The notes under the pieces are model-generated. The model made no database searches. It was given only the letters and a program-made list of their open reading frames with translations, and was not told the origin of the DNA. Positions 23,262-32,239 of a DNA stretch of 32,239 nt are shown piece by piece. Position 1 is the stretch's first letter; each line of letters opens with the position of its first letter. The position numbers were made by a program, and so were the translations under genes. Origin of the DNA: a virus (taxonomy: Duplodnaviria > Caudoviricetes); the IMG/VR virus record IMGVR_UViG_3300037785_000002, positions 1-32,239 of that record. One strand, 5' to 3'.

Positions 23262-23674
23262 CCGTTTACACGGGCGGGACATTCGACCTGTTCCACAGAG
23301 GGCACGCTAACTTCCTGCGACGATGCAAGGAGATAGGCGATGTCACCGTTGCCCTAAACACCGACGAGTTCATCTGGGAATACAAGAACAAGATGCCCGT
23401 CATGTCCTATACCGAGCGTGAGGAAGTCCTCATGTCCTGTCGCTGGGTAGACAGAGTCATTCCTAACTTTGGCGGTGCAAACTCAAAGCCAAGCATCGAG
23501 CTGGTGCAACCTGACATAATCATCATCGGGTCAGACTGGGCACGCAAGGACTACTACAAACAAATGCAGTTTGACCAAGACTGGCTTGACGAACGAGAGA
23601 TTGCTCTCTGCTACATTCCCTACACAGACGGCGTTAGCTCCACAAAGATAAAGGGTCGCCTAGCGGTAGACTAG
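23252..23674 (+). CDS. cytidylyltransferase, TagD/RfaE-like
   Basis: YTGGTFDLFHRGH (HxGH), ER..VL..CRWVD.V, GSDW, YT.GVSST.IK. Confidence 0.92.
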   Translation: MGLTVYTGGTFDLFHRGHANFLRRCKEIGDVTVALNTDEFIWEYKNKMPVMSYTEREEVLMSCRWVDRVIPNFGGANSKPSIELVQPDIIIIGSDWARKDYYKQMQFDQDWLDEREIALCYIPYTDGVSSTKIKGRLAVD

Positions 23675-23690
23675 AAGGCGGAGGTTTATT

Positions 23691-24290
23691 GTGGCAATTA
23701 CTAATGGCTACTGCACGCTAAACGAGCTAAAGGCTTCTCTCAGAATCCCTGTAAGCGACACGGTTGACGACAGCCTGCTCGAACTTGCAGTTGAGTCTGC
23801 CTCTCGTGACATCGACCAAGCAACCGAGCGTGTGTTCTATTCGACAGAAGCAACTCGCATCTTTACCCCTCGTGACTCATACAACTGCGAGATTGACGAC
23901 CTAATCTCTGTGACGACAATCAAGTCATCCTCAGCAGCCGACGGGGTCTACGACATCACTTGGGAGACTAGCGATTATCAGCTAATGCCTCTCAACGGCA
24001 TTGCAGGCGGTATGGCTGTTCCTTACGACCTCATCTACGCCGTAGGCGACTACACCTTCCCTATGGACGACAAAGAGGCTACCGTGCAGGTAAACGGCAC
24101 TTGGGGCTTCTCGTCCGTGCCTGTGGCAATCAAGCAAGCAACCGTCCTCTTGGCAGCGAGAATCTTCAAGCGTAACGATTCCCCTGGTGGCGTTATGGGC
24201 TTCGGCGACCTCGGTGTAATCCGTGTAGGCAGAATGGACCCTGACATCGACAGGCTGATTCAGCCATACAAAAAGGTTCGATTCGGATGA
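23691..24290 (+). CDS. head-tail adaptor (gp6/gp15-like)
   Basis: YCTL.ELKA.L.I....DD.LL..A...ASR.ID; VP.AIKQA; LIQPYK. Confidence 0.85.
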   Translation: MAITNGYCTLNELKASLRIPVSDTVDDSLLELAVESASRDIDQATERVFYSTEATRIFTPRDSYNCEIDDLISVTTIKSSSAADGVYDITWETSDYQLMPLNGIAGGMAVPYDLIYAVGDYTFPMDDKEATVQVNGTWGFSSVPVAIKQATVLLAARIFKRNDSPGGVMGFGDLGVIRVGRMDPDIDRLIQPYKKVRFG

Positions 24291-24688
24291 CCATAGCGAA
24301 CATTCGCTCAGGAATTGCAACCAACCTTCGCACCGTCTCTGGGCTAAGAGTATTTGAAGAAATCCCCGACCAAGTTTCCCCACCCGCTGCCATCGTGCAA
24401 CTCAACAACATCGAGTATCACCAAGCGTTTTCAGGTGGGCTAAACATCTTCCGCTTTACCGTAAGGGTTATTGTTGGGAGAGCAGCCGAGCGTCAAGCTC
24501 AACGCAACCTCGACACCTATGCCGAACCGACAGGTGCGTCTAGTGTCAAGAGTGCGATAGAATCGAATAGAACTTTGAGCGGTGCTTGCCAAGACCTAAT
24601 CGTCGAGTCAATGCCGAACATCGGTTCAATAACTGTAAACGAAAACGAATACTTAGCGGGTGAATGGACTGTCACCTGCTATGCATAA
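24287..24688 (+). CDS. tail terminator / neck protein
   Basis: 133 aa between adaptor and major tail protein; SAIESNRTLSG motif. Confidence 0.7.
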   Translation: MTIANIRSGIATNLRTVSGLRVFEEIPDQVSPPAAIVQLNNIEYHQAFSGGLNIFRFTVRVIVGRAAERQAQRNLDTYAEPTGASSVKSAIESNRTLSGACQDLIVESMPNIGSITVNENEYLAGEWTVTCYA

Positions 24689-24697
24689 GGAGCAAAA

Positions 24698-25114
24698 TTG
24701 GCAAAGTATGTAGTAACGGGAAACACCGTTAGCTTCAACGGAACCGACGTATCAGCTTCCGTCGCACGAGCAGAGCTTGTCATCACCTCGGCTGAGGTTG
24801 ATGTCACCGACTTTGCTTCTGGCGGTTACACCGAGCTGGTCGGCGGACTAAAGTCGGGAACCGTATCCCTAGACTTCCACTCTGACTATGGTGCAGGTGG
24901 CCTTTCAACTGTTATCGACGAGAGCATTGTTGGGACCATCGGAACCGTAGTCATCATTGCAGGCAACGGAACTGCTGCATCGGCAGAGACCCCTAGCTGG
25001 ACCGCAGAGGTTCTATGCACGAGCGTAACCCCAGTCTCGGGTGCAGTAGGCGACCTCTCCACATGGAGTGTTACATGGCCTACCTCGGGTGAAATCACCA
25101 AGGCAACTGCTTAG
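24698..25114 (+). CDS. major tail tube protein
   Basis: TTG start, RBS AAGGAG; VDVTDF...GGLKSG.VSLDF..D; G.VGDL...SVTWP. Confidence 0.85.
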   Translation: MAKYVVTGNTVSFNGTDVSASVARAELVITSAEVDVTDFASGGYTELVGGLKSGTVSLDFHSDYGAGGLSTVIDESIVGTIGTVVIIAGNGTAASAETPSWTAEVLCTSVTPVSGAVGDLSTWSVTWPTSGEITKATA

Positions 25115-25123
25115 GAATAACAA

Positions 25124-25372
25124 ATGAAAATCAACCTACAACTCACCAATAACGGCGAGACAAAAGACATCGTTTGTAACGCAGCGGACATGGTGGCTTT
25201 CGAGGAGAAGTTCAATGTCTCGATTGCCTCTCTGACTAACGAGCCGAAGATGAGCTACATGCTCTACTTGGCTTGGCACTCAGAGAAGCGAACAGGCGGA
25301 ACTAAAGACTCGTTTGAGAAGTGGCTAGAGACCGTCGAGATGGTAGGAGCGAGTGAGTCCGACCCAAAATAA
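25124..25372 (+). CDS. tail assembly chaperone (gpG-like)
   Basis: Follows the tail tube gene; ends GAC CCA AAA TAA at a slippery site. Confidence 0.85.
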   Translation: MKINLQLTNNGETKDIVCNAADMVAFEEKFNVSIASLTNEPKMSYMLYLAWHSEKRTGGTKDSFEKWLETVEMVGASESDPK

Positions 25373-25521
25373 CTGGGTTGGGCGACTCCTCTGCCCATTG
25401 GTTCATCGCTGGACTTGCCGTTGAAACAGGTATTGCACCGAGTGTGTTGATGCAAGAATCCGAAAGGATGCTGTGGACAATGCACCGCTGGTTGGTAGCA
25501 AAGAACCTACCGCCTAAATAG
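25363..25521 (+). CDS. -1 frameshift extension of tail chaperone (gpGT-like)
   Basis: Slippery heptamer C CCA AAA (25363-25369). The -1 frame is open: ITGLGDSSAHWFIAGLAVETGIAPSVLMQESERMLWTMHRWLVAKNLPPK* to TAG 25521. Confidence 0.8.
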   Translation, partial: PKITGLGDSSAHWFIAGLAVETGIAPSVLMQESERMLWTMHRWLVAKNLPPK

Positions 25522-25525
25522 AGAG

Positions 25526-25550
25526 GCCCTCCCTTCGGGGAGGGTTTTCT
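25526..25550 (+). terminator. intrinsic terminator with cUUCGg tetraloop
   Basis: GCCCTCCC-TTCG-GGGAGGGT-TTTCT, followed by a -10-like TAGAAT at 25557. Confidence 0.8.
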
Positions 25551-25580
25551 CGTTGGTAGAATTAGAGGGTTAGGAGCGTC

Positions 25581-26147
25581 ATGGCGAGAAGCGGTTTGTC
25601 TGGGTCAGCAGAGACCTTGCGGATGCTCAAGACATACGAGACTGATTTGTATAAAGAGTTTCGTAAGAATGTGAACTCGCAACTAAAACCAGTCATCGCA
25701 CCTATTGAGGGCGACATAAACAGTAGCGTCACCTCAAGTCTCCGTAATCAAATGAAGGGGATGTTCCACGAAGGACGCACGGCTTGGTCAGGCGTAAAGG
25801 TAACACCAAAAGTTTCTCTCCGCCCTCGTGACCTGCTCTTTATTGAAGGTAAGGGGCGGAACGCAGGACTAGACACTCAGGTTGGTTTTGAGTATGCCGA
25901 GCTTGCAGGTATTGAACGACGTCCTCCCCGCCCTGTCTCAAAGGGCTGGGGTTCGACGGGCCCTGGTTATCACAGCTACATCTACAATGGACAGGGTAAA
26001 GCTTTCAATCGCAAACTTACTTCTTCCTACGGACGACCAGGTCGCTTCTTGTGGAAGCGTGTCTTGAAACGCAAACCAGAATTAGAAAAGAAGGTGCTCG
26101 ACATTGCTGAGAACCTCAACATCAAAATAAATCGGAGGCTTGGATGA
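25581..26147 (+). CDS. basic tail-associated protein (possibly HK97 gp10-like tail completion protein)
   Basis: 188 aa, Arg/Lys-rich, GRFLW near the C-terminus; coupled to the tape measure gene. Confidence 0.55.
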   Translation: MARSGLSGSAETLRMLKTYETDLYKEFRKNVNSQLKPVIAPIEGDINSSVTSSLRNQMKGMFHEGRTAWSGVKVTPKVSLRPRDLLFIEGKGRNAGLDTQVGFEYAELAGIERRPPRPVSKGWGSTGPGYHSYIYNGQGKAFNRKLTSSYGRPGRFLWKRVLKRKPELEKKVLDIAENLNIKINRRLG

Positions 26148-28954
26148 GCATCAAGATTCGGATAGTCTCCGACTTTGACAAGCGTGGGCTAACAGAGGCA
26201 GAGAGAGCACTCGGCGGTCTATCTAAAGCAGCTGGTGTTGCACTTGCAGCGGTAGGTGCAGCAGTCGCAGGAATCGCTGCGAAGTCTGTCCAAGAGTTTG
26301 CAAAGTTTGACGGTGCTCTTACTCAGTCCAAAGCCATCATGGGTGACCTCACCGAAACGATGGAAAAGGACATGGCTAATGCTGCTCGTGAGGTAGCCAA
26401 GGCCACAACCTTCTCAGCCGAACAAGCTGCCGAGTCGTTCTTCTTCCTAGCGTCGGCTGGTTTGGATGCTGAGGCATCTATCGCAGCCTTACCACGAGTA
26501 GCTCAGTTCGCTCAGGCGGGTATGTTCGACATGAGTCGAGCCACCGACCTGCTGACAGATGCTCAATCTGCTCTTGGTCTCACGATTCGTGACGATGCTG
26601 TCAAGAACATGGAGAACATGATTGCGGTCTCGGATGTCCTTGTCCGTGCCAACACTCTCTCTAACGCAACCGTTGAGCAGTTCTCAACCTCGCTGACAAC
26701 AAAGGCAGGTCCCGCACTTAGGACTCTAGGCAAAGACATTGAGGAAGGTGTCGCTGTTCTGGCAGCGTTCGCCGACCAAGGTATCAAAGGTGAGGAAGCT
26801 GGAACCCAGCTCTCCATTGTTCTGCGTGACCTCTCGACTAAAGCCATCAAGAACAAAGAAGACTTTGCTGCACTTGGTGTCTCCGTCTTTGACTCAAACG
26901 GCGAGATGCGAAACCTCGGCGACATCATTAGCAACCTTGAGACTGCTCTTGAGGGTATGTCAGACGAGACGGCTAAGGCGACTTTGCTCCAGCTCGGGTT
27001 TGCTGACCGTTCGGTTCAGTCAATCCTTGCCCTGTTGGGAACCTCAGATGCAATCAAGGGCTACGAAAGTGCACTTCGTGATGCTTCTGGCTTCACAGAC
27101 ACGGTTGCTAACAAACAACTAGAGACATTTAGCTCGCAGGTCAAGCTACTTGAGTCGGCCTTTATAGATGTTGCAATTCAAATCGGCGAGGAGCTAACCC
27201 CTTACCTGCAAGACTTGATTCCAGTTATTCAAGACCTTCTACCAATTGTTGGCCAGAAGCTTGCTGATGCTTTCAAGCAAGTCGATTGGGAGGGGATAAT
27301 CACCGCAGTAGGTGACTTCATAACCCTAATTGTCGAAAACCTTGACAACATTGGAAGGCTTATTGGTGTCATCACAGGCATCTCAGTAGCACTTGTCACC
27401 TACACAACAGTCACAAAAATTGCAACAACCGCTCAAAAGATTTTCAACTCAACTCTGCTACTCAACCCTTGGGGCCTAGCAGCAGTAGCCGTTGCTGGCC
27501 TAACCTACCTACTAATCAAGAACAACGGAGCGGTAGACGACGCTACCGAAAACTACCGTCAGCTCAACTCTCAGATTGACCAGGCCAATTACAAGACCAA
27601 GAATCTCGCCGACACCTACCGTGAAAACGCTTATGTAGCAGACAAGTATGGAATTGAGACGGACGACCTCCGCAATGCAAACCTCAAGCTTGCTGGTGCA
27701 GCAGACATGGTCTCGGGTGAGCTAGGTCGCTTCAACTCAATCAAGATGGATGCCTTGCGTGCTGAAATCTATGCGACAAAAGATGCAACAGAATCCCTAA
27801 ACGAGGCTTCAAGGCAATACGGCCTTGCTCGCATGGGACTACTCACGGGAGAGGCTTCAGGTCGTGGTGCACAAATTAAGGCTGCATTAGAAGTTCCAGC
27901 CTTTACAGGACCTTCTGCGTTTGAGCAGACTCGTGACCGTGTGCAGTCACTCATCAAAGATTCACAGAAGCAACTCGCCGATGCTCAGAAGCAATACAAC
28001 AAAACCGTCCTTGAGGCAAACGAGAACTACGCAAAGAATGTCGAGCGTTTGCAGATTGAATACGCTGACCGACTCGAGGGCATCATTCGCTCGTCTCAGG
28101 CTCGTCTCACCGACGCTTACAAGTCAGCCGTAGCTGTAAACATCTCATCGCTGTTTGAGCGTGACGAGAACAAGTCCGTAGAGGGCCTAGTCAAGTCCCT
28201 AAGCGACAAACTCACGGCCTCCCGTAATCTTCTATCAAACTCGGCAGAACTCGCCTCAGCGGGCTTCTCACAGACTTTCATCGAGCAGATTGTTTCGGCA
28301 GGAACTGAGACGGGTAACGAGCTTGCCTCAGCAATTCTCAATTCAACACCGCAGGTTCAGAGTGAATTACAAGAACTATTCCGTGCTCTTGAGATTGAGT
28401 CTAATCAGGGCATGGATGCTTTGGCCTCACAAATCTACGAGCGTCAGGGGTTGGCAACAGACGCACTCAAGGACCTCTATGCTCAGACACAAGCTGACTT
28501 AGCAAACGCACTCATAGACCAACAGGGACAGCTTGACCAAGCTCTCCTAGATGCAGCGACAGTTTTCCAGGACTCAGTCAAGTCAATCCGTGACAATGTC
28601 ATGGAACAGATTGCCGAGATGGACAAGGGTCTAGGTGGACTAAGTGGAACTGTTGACCAGTTCATCAACAAGCTAAACGGACTGATTGCGAAACAGCGTG
28701 AGGCTCAAATTGCAGCTAGCGAGCAGTTTGTTGTTCCCGCTCCCTCCGCTCCCTCTGGTCCTTCTATTGCCTTCCAGCCGATTACCCCACCACCGACCAA
28801 GCCGACAGTTGTTTCACAGCCAGTCGTGAATGTGAATGTCAAGACAGATACAACACAATCGCCTGCAATGGTGGGTAAGACCATCGCTAAGGAGGTCGAG
28901 CGTTACACAGCTGGCGGTGGGGGCATCAAGGGTATCAAGGTAGTGGCTCTCTAA
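26144..28954 (+). CDS. tape measure protein (TP901-family core)
   Basis: 936 aa, Ala-rich helical; TFSAEQAAE...LASAG, GIKGEEAGTQL, LGVSVFDSNGEMRNL, LNPWGL. Confidence 0.95.
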   Translation: MSIKIRIVSDFDKRGLTEAERALGGLSKAAGVALAAVGAAVAGIAAKSVQEFAKFDGALTQSKAIMGDLTETMEKDMANAAREVAKATTFSAEQAAESFFFLASAGLDAEASIAALPRVAQFAQAGMFDMSRATDLLTDAQSALGLTIRDDAVKNMENMIAVSDVLVRANTLSNATVEQFSTSLTTKAGPALRTLGKDIEEGVAVLAAFADQGIKGEEAGTQLSIVLRDLSTKAIKNKEDFAALGVSVFDSNGEMRNLGDIISNLETALEGMSDETAKATLLQLGFADRSVQSILALLGTSDAIKGYESALRDASGFTDTVANKQLETFSSQVKLLESAFIDVAIQIGEELTPYLQDLIPVIQDLLPIVGQKLADAFKQVDWEGIITAVGDFITLIVENLDNIGRLIGVITGISVALVTYTTVTKIATTAQKIFNSTLLLNPWGLAAVAVAGLTYLLIKNNGAVDDATENYRQLNSQIDQANYKTKNLADTYRENAYVADKYGIETDDLRNANLKLAGAADMVSGELGRFNSIKMDALRAEIYATKDATESLNEASRQYGLARMGLLTGEASGRGAQIKAALEVPAFTGPSAFEQTRDRVQSLIKDSQKQLADAQKQYNKTVLEANENYAKNVERLQIEYADRLEGIIRSSQARLTDAYKSAVAVNISSLFERDENKSVEGLVKSLSDKLTASRNLLSNSAELASAGFSQTFIEQIVSAGTETGNELASAILNSTPQVQSELQELFRALEIESNQGMDALASQIYERQGLATDALKDLYAQTQADLANALIDQQGQLDQALLDAATVFQDSVKSIRDNVMEQIAEMDKGLGGLSGTVDQFINKLNGLIAKQREAQIAASEQFVVPAPSAPSGPSIAFQPITPPPTKPTVVSQPVVNVNVKTDTTQSPAMVGKTIAKEVERYTAGGGGIKGIKVVAL

Positions 28955-30186
28955 TGGCTGTCCCAACACCTCTAGTCGAAATCGGATTCGACATCCTCTC
29001 AAGTGGGTTCGGTCCTTACTTTATTCTTGACGACCCCGTAAAGGGAAAGCTAGACAACACCGAATACCTTCTAGCGGGAACTATCTTCTTCGATGTGACC
29101 GACTCGGTAAAGTCCATTGCGGTGAAGCGAGGCAAGGACCGAGGGCTTGACCAATACGATGCTGGTTTGGCTAATGTCGTGTTCAACAACAATGACCGAA
29201 CCTTCGACCCCGAGTTCTCAGGCTCGCCGTTCTTCGGGCAGATTATTCCTAAGCGACAGATTCGCATTTCGTCAGGTGGCGAGGTTGCCTTCACGGGTGT
29301 AATCGACGACTGGAATCTCTCATACGAACCCAACGGAGACTCAATCGCTTCAGCTGCCTGCTCTGACGCTCTAATTTACTTTGCTAACCAGACCATCTTT
29401 GAGAGGACTAACTCTGTTCAGCAATCAGGTGACAGGCTTGCAACGATTCTTTCCCTGCCCGAAATTGACTGGCCTGTTGCAGAGCGTGACATCGAGACGG
29501 GAGCTATGGAGTTAGGTGCGGACACCATCGCCGAGTCAACCAACGCTCTTGACTACATTCGTCTTATCACTCGCTCGGAGCCAGGGTCGTTCTTCATTGC
29601 TAAGGCAGGTGGGGTTGTCTATCGTGACCGACGCACGGGTCCTACCTCGGGAGGCGTGAAATTAGCTGACGACGGCACGGGAATCCCCTATACGAACATG
29701 GTGGTCGATTACGGTTCAGAACTGCTCTACAATGAGATTGTCGCCACGTCATCGCTACTTGAGACAGGCGTGCAAGTGAACGCAACAGAGTCGCAGGACA
29801 CTTACGGAATCTTCAACCTTACTCGCTCTAACCTGCTTATAAATAGCGACACCGACCTGCAAAGCTATGCCTCGTTCTTAGCCAACAGGTTCAAAGACCC
29901 TGAGTATCGTTTCAAGTCTGTTGAGATTCGCCTTGACCAGAGAACTCCTGCACAACAAGCAAGCTTGCTAGGGCTAGAAATCGGTGATGTGGTCAACATC
30001 GTGTTCACACCTAACGGCATCACACCTGGGATTGACAAATACGCCGAGGTCATTTCAATCGACCACGCCGTCGACTCGGTCAATCATGTAATGACACTTG
30101 GGTTCTCGACACTTGACTTCGCACTACTCGTTCTTGACGATGCGGTATTTGGTAAGCTAGACAATGGAAACGCTTTGGCGTTCTAA
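28954..30186 (+). CDS. tail tip / baseplate hub protein
   Basis: 410 aa after the tape measure gene. ILDD...GKLDN motif at both termini; LEIGDVV. Confidence 0.75.
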   Translation: MAVPTPLVEIGFDILSSGFGPYFILDDPVKGKLDNTEYLLAGTIFFDVTDSVKSIAVKRGKDRGLDQYDAGLANVVFNNNDRTFDPEFSGSPFFGQIIPKRQIRISSGGEVAFTGVIDDWNLSYEPNGDSIASAACSDALIYFANQTIFERTNSVQQSGDRLATILSLPEIDWPVAERDIETGAMELGADTIAESTNALDYIRLITRSEPGSFFIAKAGGVVYRDRRTGPTSGGVKLADDGTGIPYTNMVVDYGSELLYNEIVATSSLLETGVQVNATESQDTYGIFNLTRSNLLINSDTDLQSYASFLANRFKDPEYRFKSVEIRLDQRTPAQQASLLGLEIGDVVNIVFTPNGITPGIDKYAEVISIDHAVDSVNHVMTLGFSTLDFALLVLDDAVFGKLDNGNALAF

Positions 30187-30194
30187 GGAGAATA

Positions 30195-30608
30195 ATGTCA
30201 GGTTTAGGTAGAAAAGTCTGGTCGGCAGGAGATGTCGTCGCAGCAGCCGATGTTCAGGGTTACCTGCAAGACCAAACGGTTATGGTGTTCGACGATGCCA
30301 CAGCTCGTTCATCAGCCATCGGAACCCCAACAGAGGGTATGGCAACCTACCTAAAGGACACAAACACACTTGAGCTTTATGATGGCTCGTCATGGTTTAG
30401 TGCCGACTCTGAGATTCCTTCTCAGTCTGGTAATGCAGACAAGTATCTGACAACCGATGGGACCGCTCTTTCCTGGGGTGAGGTCGACGCTTTGCCAAGT
30501 CAAACTGGCAATGACGGCAAGTATCTAACCACAGACGGAACAGCAGCTTCATGGGCTACAATTACTACTGACCCAACCCCAAGCGTATTTCTTTTGATGG
30601 GAGCATAA
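30195..30608 (+). CDS. short tail fibre-like protein with internal repeat
   Basis: W.AGDV..AADV..YL.DQ; repeats PSQSGNADKYLTTDGTALSW and PSQTGNDGKYLTTDGTAASW. Confidence 0.75.
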   Translation: MSGLGRKVWSAGDVVAAADVQGYLQDQTVMVFDDATARSSAIGTPTEGMATYLKDTNTLELYDGSSWFSADSEIPSQSGNADKYLTTDGTALSWGEVDALPSQTGNDGKYLTTDGTAASWATITTDPTPSVFLLMGA

Positions 30609-30609
30609 A

Positions 30610-30942
30610 TTGGCAACCGCTTACAAAATCCTCGGTCAATCAGCACCGAGCGCAACTACCGAGACAGACCTTTATACTGTCCCTTCTGCAACTGAGGCGG
30701 TGCTGTCATCACTTATCGTCTGCAACCGCTCGGCTTCTGATGCAACATACAGGCTTTCAGTTGCCCCTGCTGGGACTGCAACCGCCAACTCACACTACCT
30801 TGCCTACGATGTAACAGTCGGTGCGTCTGACTCCACAACCTTGACACTTGGGCTTACCCTAGATGCAACAGATGTATTCAGGGTCTATGCCTCATCTGCC
30901 GACCTGACATTTAGCGCATTTGGTTCTGAGATAACCGCTTAG
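30610..30942 (+). CDS. small beta-rich virion protein
   Basis: 110 aa, T.LYTVP...L.VCN...FGSEI. Confidence 0.7.
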   Translation: MATAYKILGQSAPSATTETDLYTVPSATEAVLSSLIVCNRSASDATYRLSVAPAGTATANSHYLAYDVTVGASDSTTLTLGLTLDATDVFRVYASSADLTFSAFGSEITA

Positions 30943-30954
30943 GGGGGCTACGCA

Positions 30955-31533
30955 ATGGGCGTTGTAAAGCTCTCTACCGCTGGGATACTTGACTATCAGA
31001 AGTATTCGTCTTTCCTTGCTGGCAATGCTGCCTTTTCTCCTAGCGCATACGACCTGCTTGAAACAGAGATACTGACAGGTTCACAGTCAAGCGTGACCTT
31101 CTCTAGCTTGAACAGCACATACGGGGCTGATTATCAGCACTTGCAGGTGCGAATGGCTTTAGACAGCACAGTAAATAGCTCTATCAAATTTAGATTCAAT
31201 GGAGATACTAGCGGTAATTATTCATTTCACTATCTTGAAGGTAATGGTTCAAGTGTCGTTTCATCCGCAGTAGCTCCCCACGACTATGGTTACATGGGCT
31301 ATTCGTTTGCTGGATACGCTGTGTTTGTTACTGACATACTAGACCCTTTTGAAACCACCAAATACACAACGACTAGGACACTTTCTGGAACTACGGATGG
31401 CGGAAATAGGATTTATTTGACAAGCTCAAATTGGAGAAACACGGCGGCTTTGACCTCATTGCAAATTATAAACGAAAGCGGCAGCTTTACGACTGGCTCT
31501 CGTTTCTCTCTCTATGGGCTAAAGGCGGCATAA
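30955..31533 (+). CDS. putative virion tail-tip/adhesin protein (cassette gene A)
   Basis: Paralog of 302..913. Confidence 0.75.
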   Translation: MGVVKLSTAGILDYQKYSSFLAGNAAFSPSAYDLLETEILTGSQSSVTFSSLNSTYGADYQHLQVRMALDSTVNSSIKFRFNGDTSGNYSFHYLEGNGSSVVSSAVAPHDYGYMGYSFAGYAVFVTDILDPFETTKYTTTRTLSGTTDGGNRIYLTSSNWRNTAALTSLQIINESGSFTTGSRFSLYGLKAA

Positions 31534-32010
31534 ATGGCAACTCCGACTTATACAGCACTAGCGACTACGACATTATCGGGAACAGAGACTTCTGTGACTT
31601 TTTCTTCTATTCCTGCAACCTACCGAGACCTTGTGGCTGTCATAACTCCTTTGCACGCAAGCGGAACACACGGCGGTAGGATGCGTTTCAACTCGGACAC
31701 AGGGAGCAATTATTCTTATGTCCAAATGGCAGGAGATGGCTCATCTGCATCATCATCATCGGGAACTACGACAGCACTATCTAACTGGGTAGCTAAGACA
31801 ACAGTTTCGAGCGTTATCTTCCAGATAATGGATTACTCAGCAACAGACAAACACAAGACAATTCTCTACAGATACGACAGAGACACCCTGACAAGAGCAG
31901 ATGCAAGTCGTTGGGCAAATACATCAGCAATTACTACCATTGAGTGGGACATTCAGGGACAGACATTTGCTGCTGGAAGCACCTTCAGCCTGTATGGGAT
32001 AGTGAGTTAG
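31534..32010 (+). CDS. putative virion tail-tip/adhesin protein (cassette gene B)
   Basis: Paralog of 913..1392. Confidence 0.75.
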   Translation: MATPTYTALATTTLSGTETSVTFSSIPATYRDLVAVITPLHASGTHGGRMRFNSDTGSNYSYVQMAGDGSSASSSSGTTTALSNWVAKTTVSSVIFQIMDYSATDKHKTILYRYDRDTLTRADASRWANTSAITTIEWDIQGQTFAAGSTFSLYGIVS

Positions 32011-32012
32011 TT

Positions 32013-32239
32013 ATGAGTATGACTTTGATTGAACACATTGAGGTTGGGTCAGGTGGGGCTGCTTCGATTACATTTAGTTCGATACCGCAGACCTATACCG
32101 ATTTGTATGTAGTTGTAAGTGGGAGAACAACTCAGGTGAATGTTGCGGACAACCCTAGAATTTATCCAAACTCAAGCAGTTCTAATTTGACCTATCGCTA
32201 CTTAAGGGGCAGTGGGACAAATGCAGCTTCAGGAACTAC
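32013..32239 (+). CDS. 5' part of cassette gene C (continues at nt 1 after circularisation)
   Basis: MSMTLIEHIEVGSGGAASITFSSIPQTYTDLY...LRGSGTNAASGT runs off the end. The terminal GAACTAC equals nt 1-7. Confidence 0.85.
   Translation, partial: MSMTLIEHIEVGSGGAASITFSSIPQTYTDLYVVVSGRTTQVNVADNPRIYPNSSSSNLTYRYLRGSGTNAASGT

Noticed and set aside
643-31679. Numerous minus-strand and alternate-frame ORFs in the track (e.g. 11577..11972, 14839..15225, 26563..26934)
   Set aside because: They lie wholly within well-supported plus-strand genes and lack RBSs and motifs; they are shadow ORFs.
1-32239. tRNA genes or stop-codon reassignment
   Set aside because: No cloverleaf/T-loop signature in the intergenic gaps, and core genes are intact under the standard bacterial code.

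Overview
The window looks like an essentially complete, circularly permuted genome (~32.2 kb) of a tailed siphovirus with an HK97-type head. The last 7 nt (GAACTAC) repeat the first 7 nt, and joining the ends on that overlap restores one in-frame gene. The host is probably an actinobacterium: there are two WhiB genes, an NrdH-like redoxin, actinobacterial LexA boxes and many leaderless genes. The moderate GC suggests a low-GC freshwater lineage, which is inference only. Gene order: a duplicated three-gene putative adhesin cassette spanning the ends; lysis (membrane protein, M23 endolysin, holin); two minus-strand whiB genes; recombination and replication (YqaJ exonuclease, annealing protein, HNH, initiator with internal iterons, SSB, RusA); small accessory genes; metallophosphoesterase; HNH-terminase-portal; a multi-domain prohead protease; a moron; major capsid; two glycosyltransferases plus a cytidylyltransferase; neck and tail genes with a -1 frameshift chaperone; tape measure; tail tip. 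I found no integrase, CI-like repressor, tRNA, CRISPR or reverse transcriptase. The most unusual signal is a promoter- and terminator-bounded ~130-nt non-coding unit after the capsid gene. It is antisense to the 5' leader/RBS/start motif shared by several of the phage's strongly promoted 'early' genes, while many other genes appear leaderless. All product calls come from motif recognition and synteny, not database searches.
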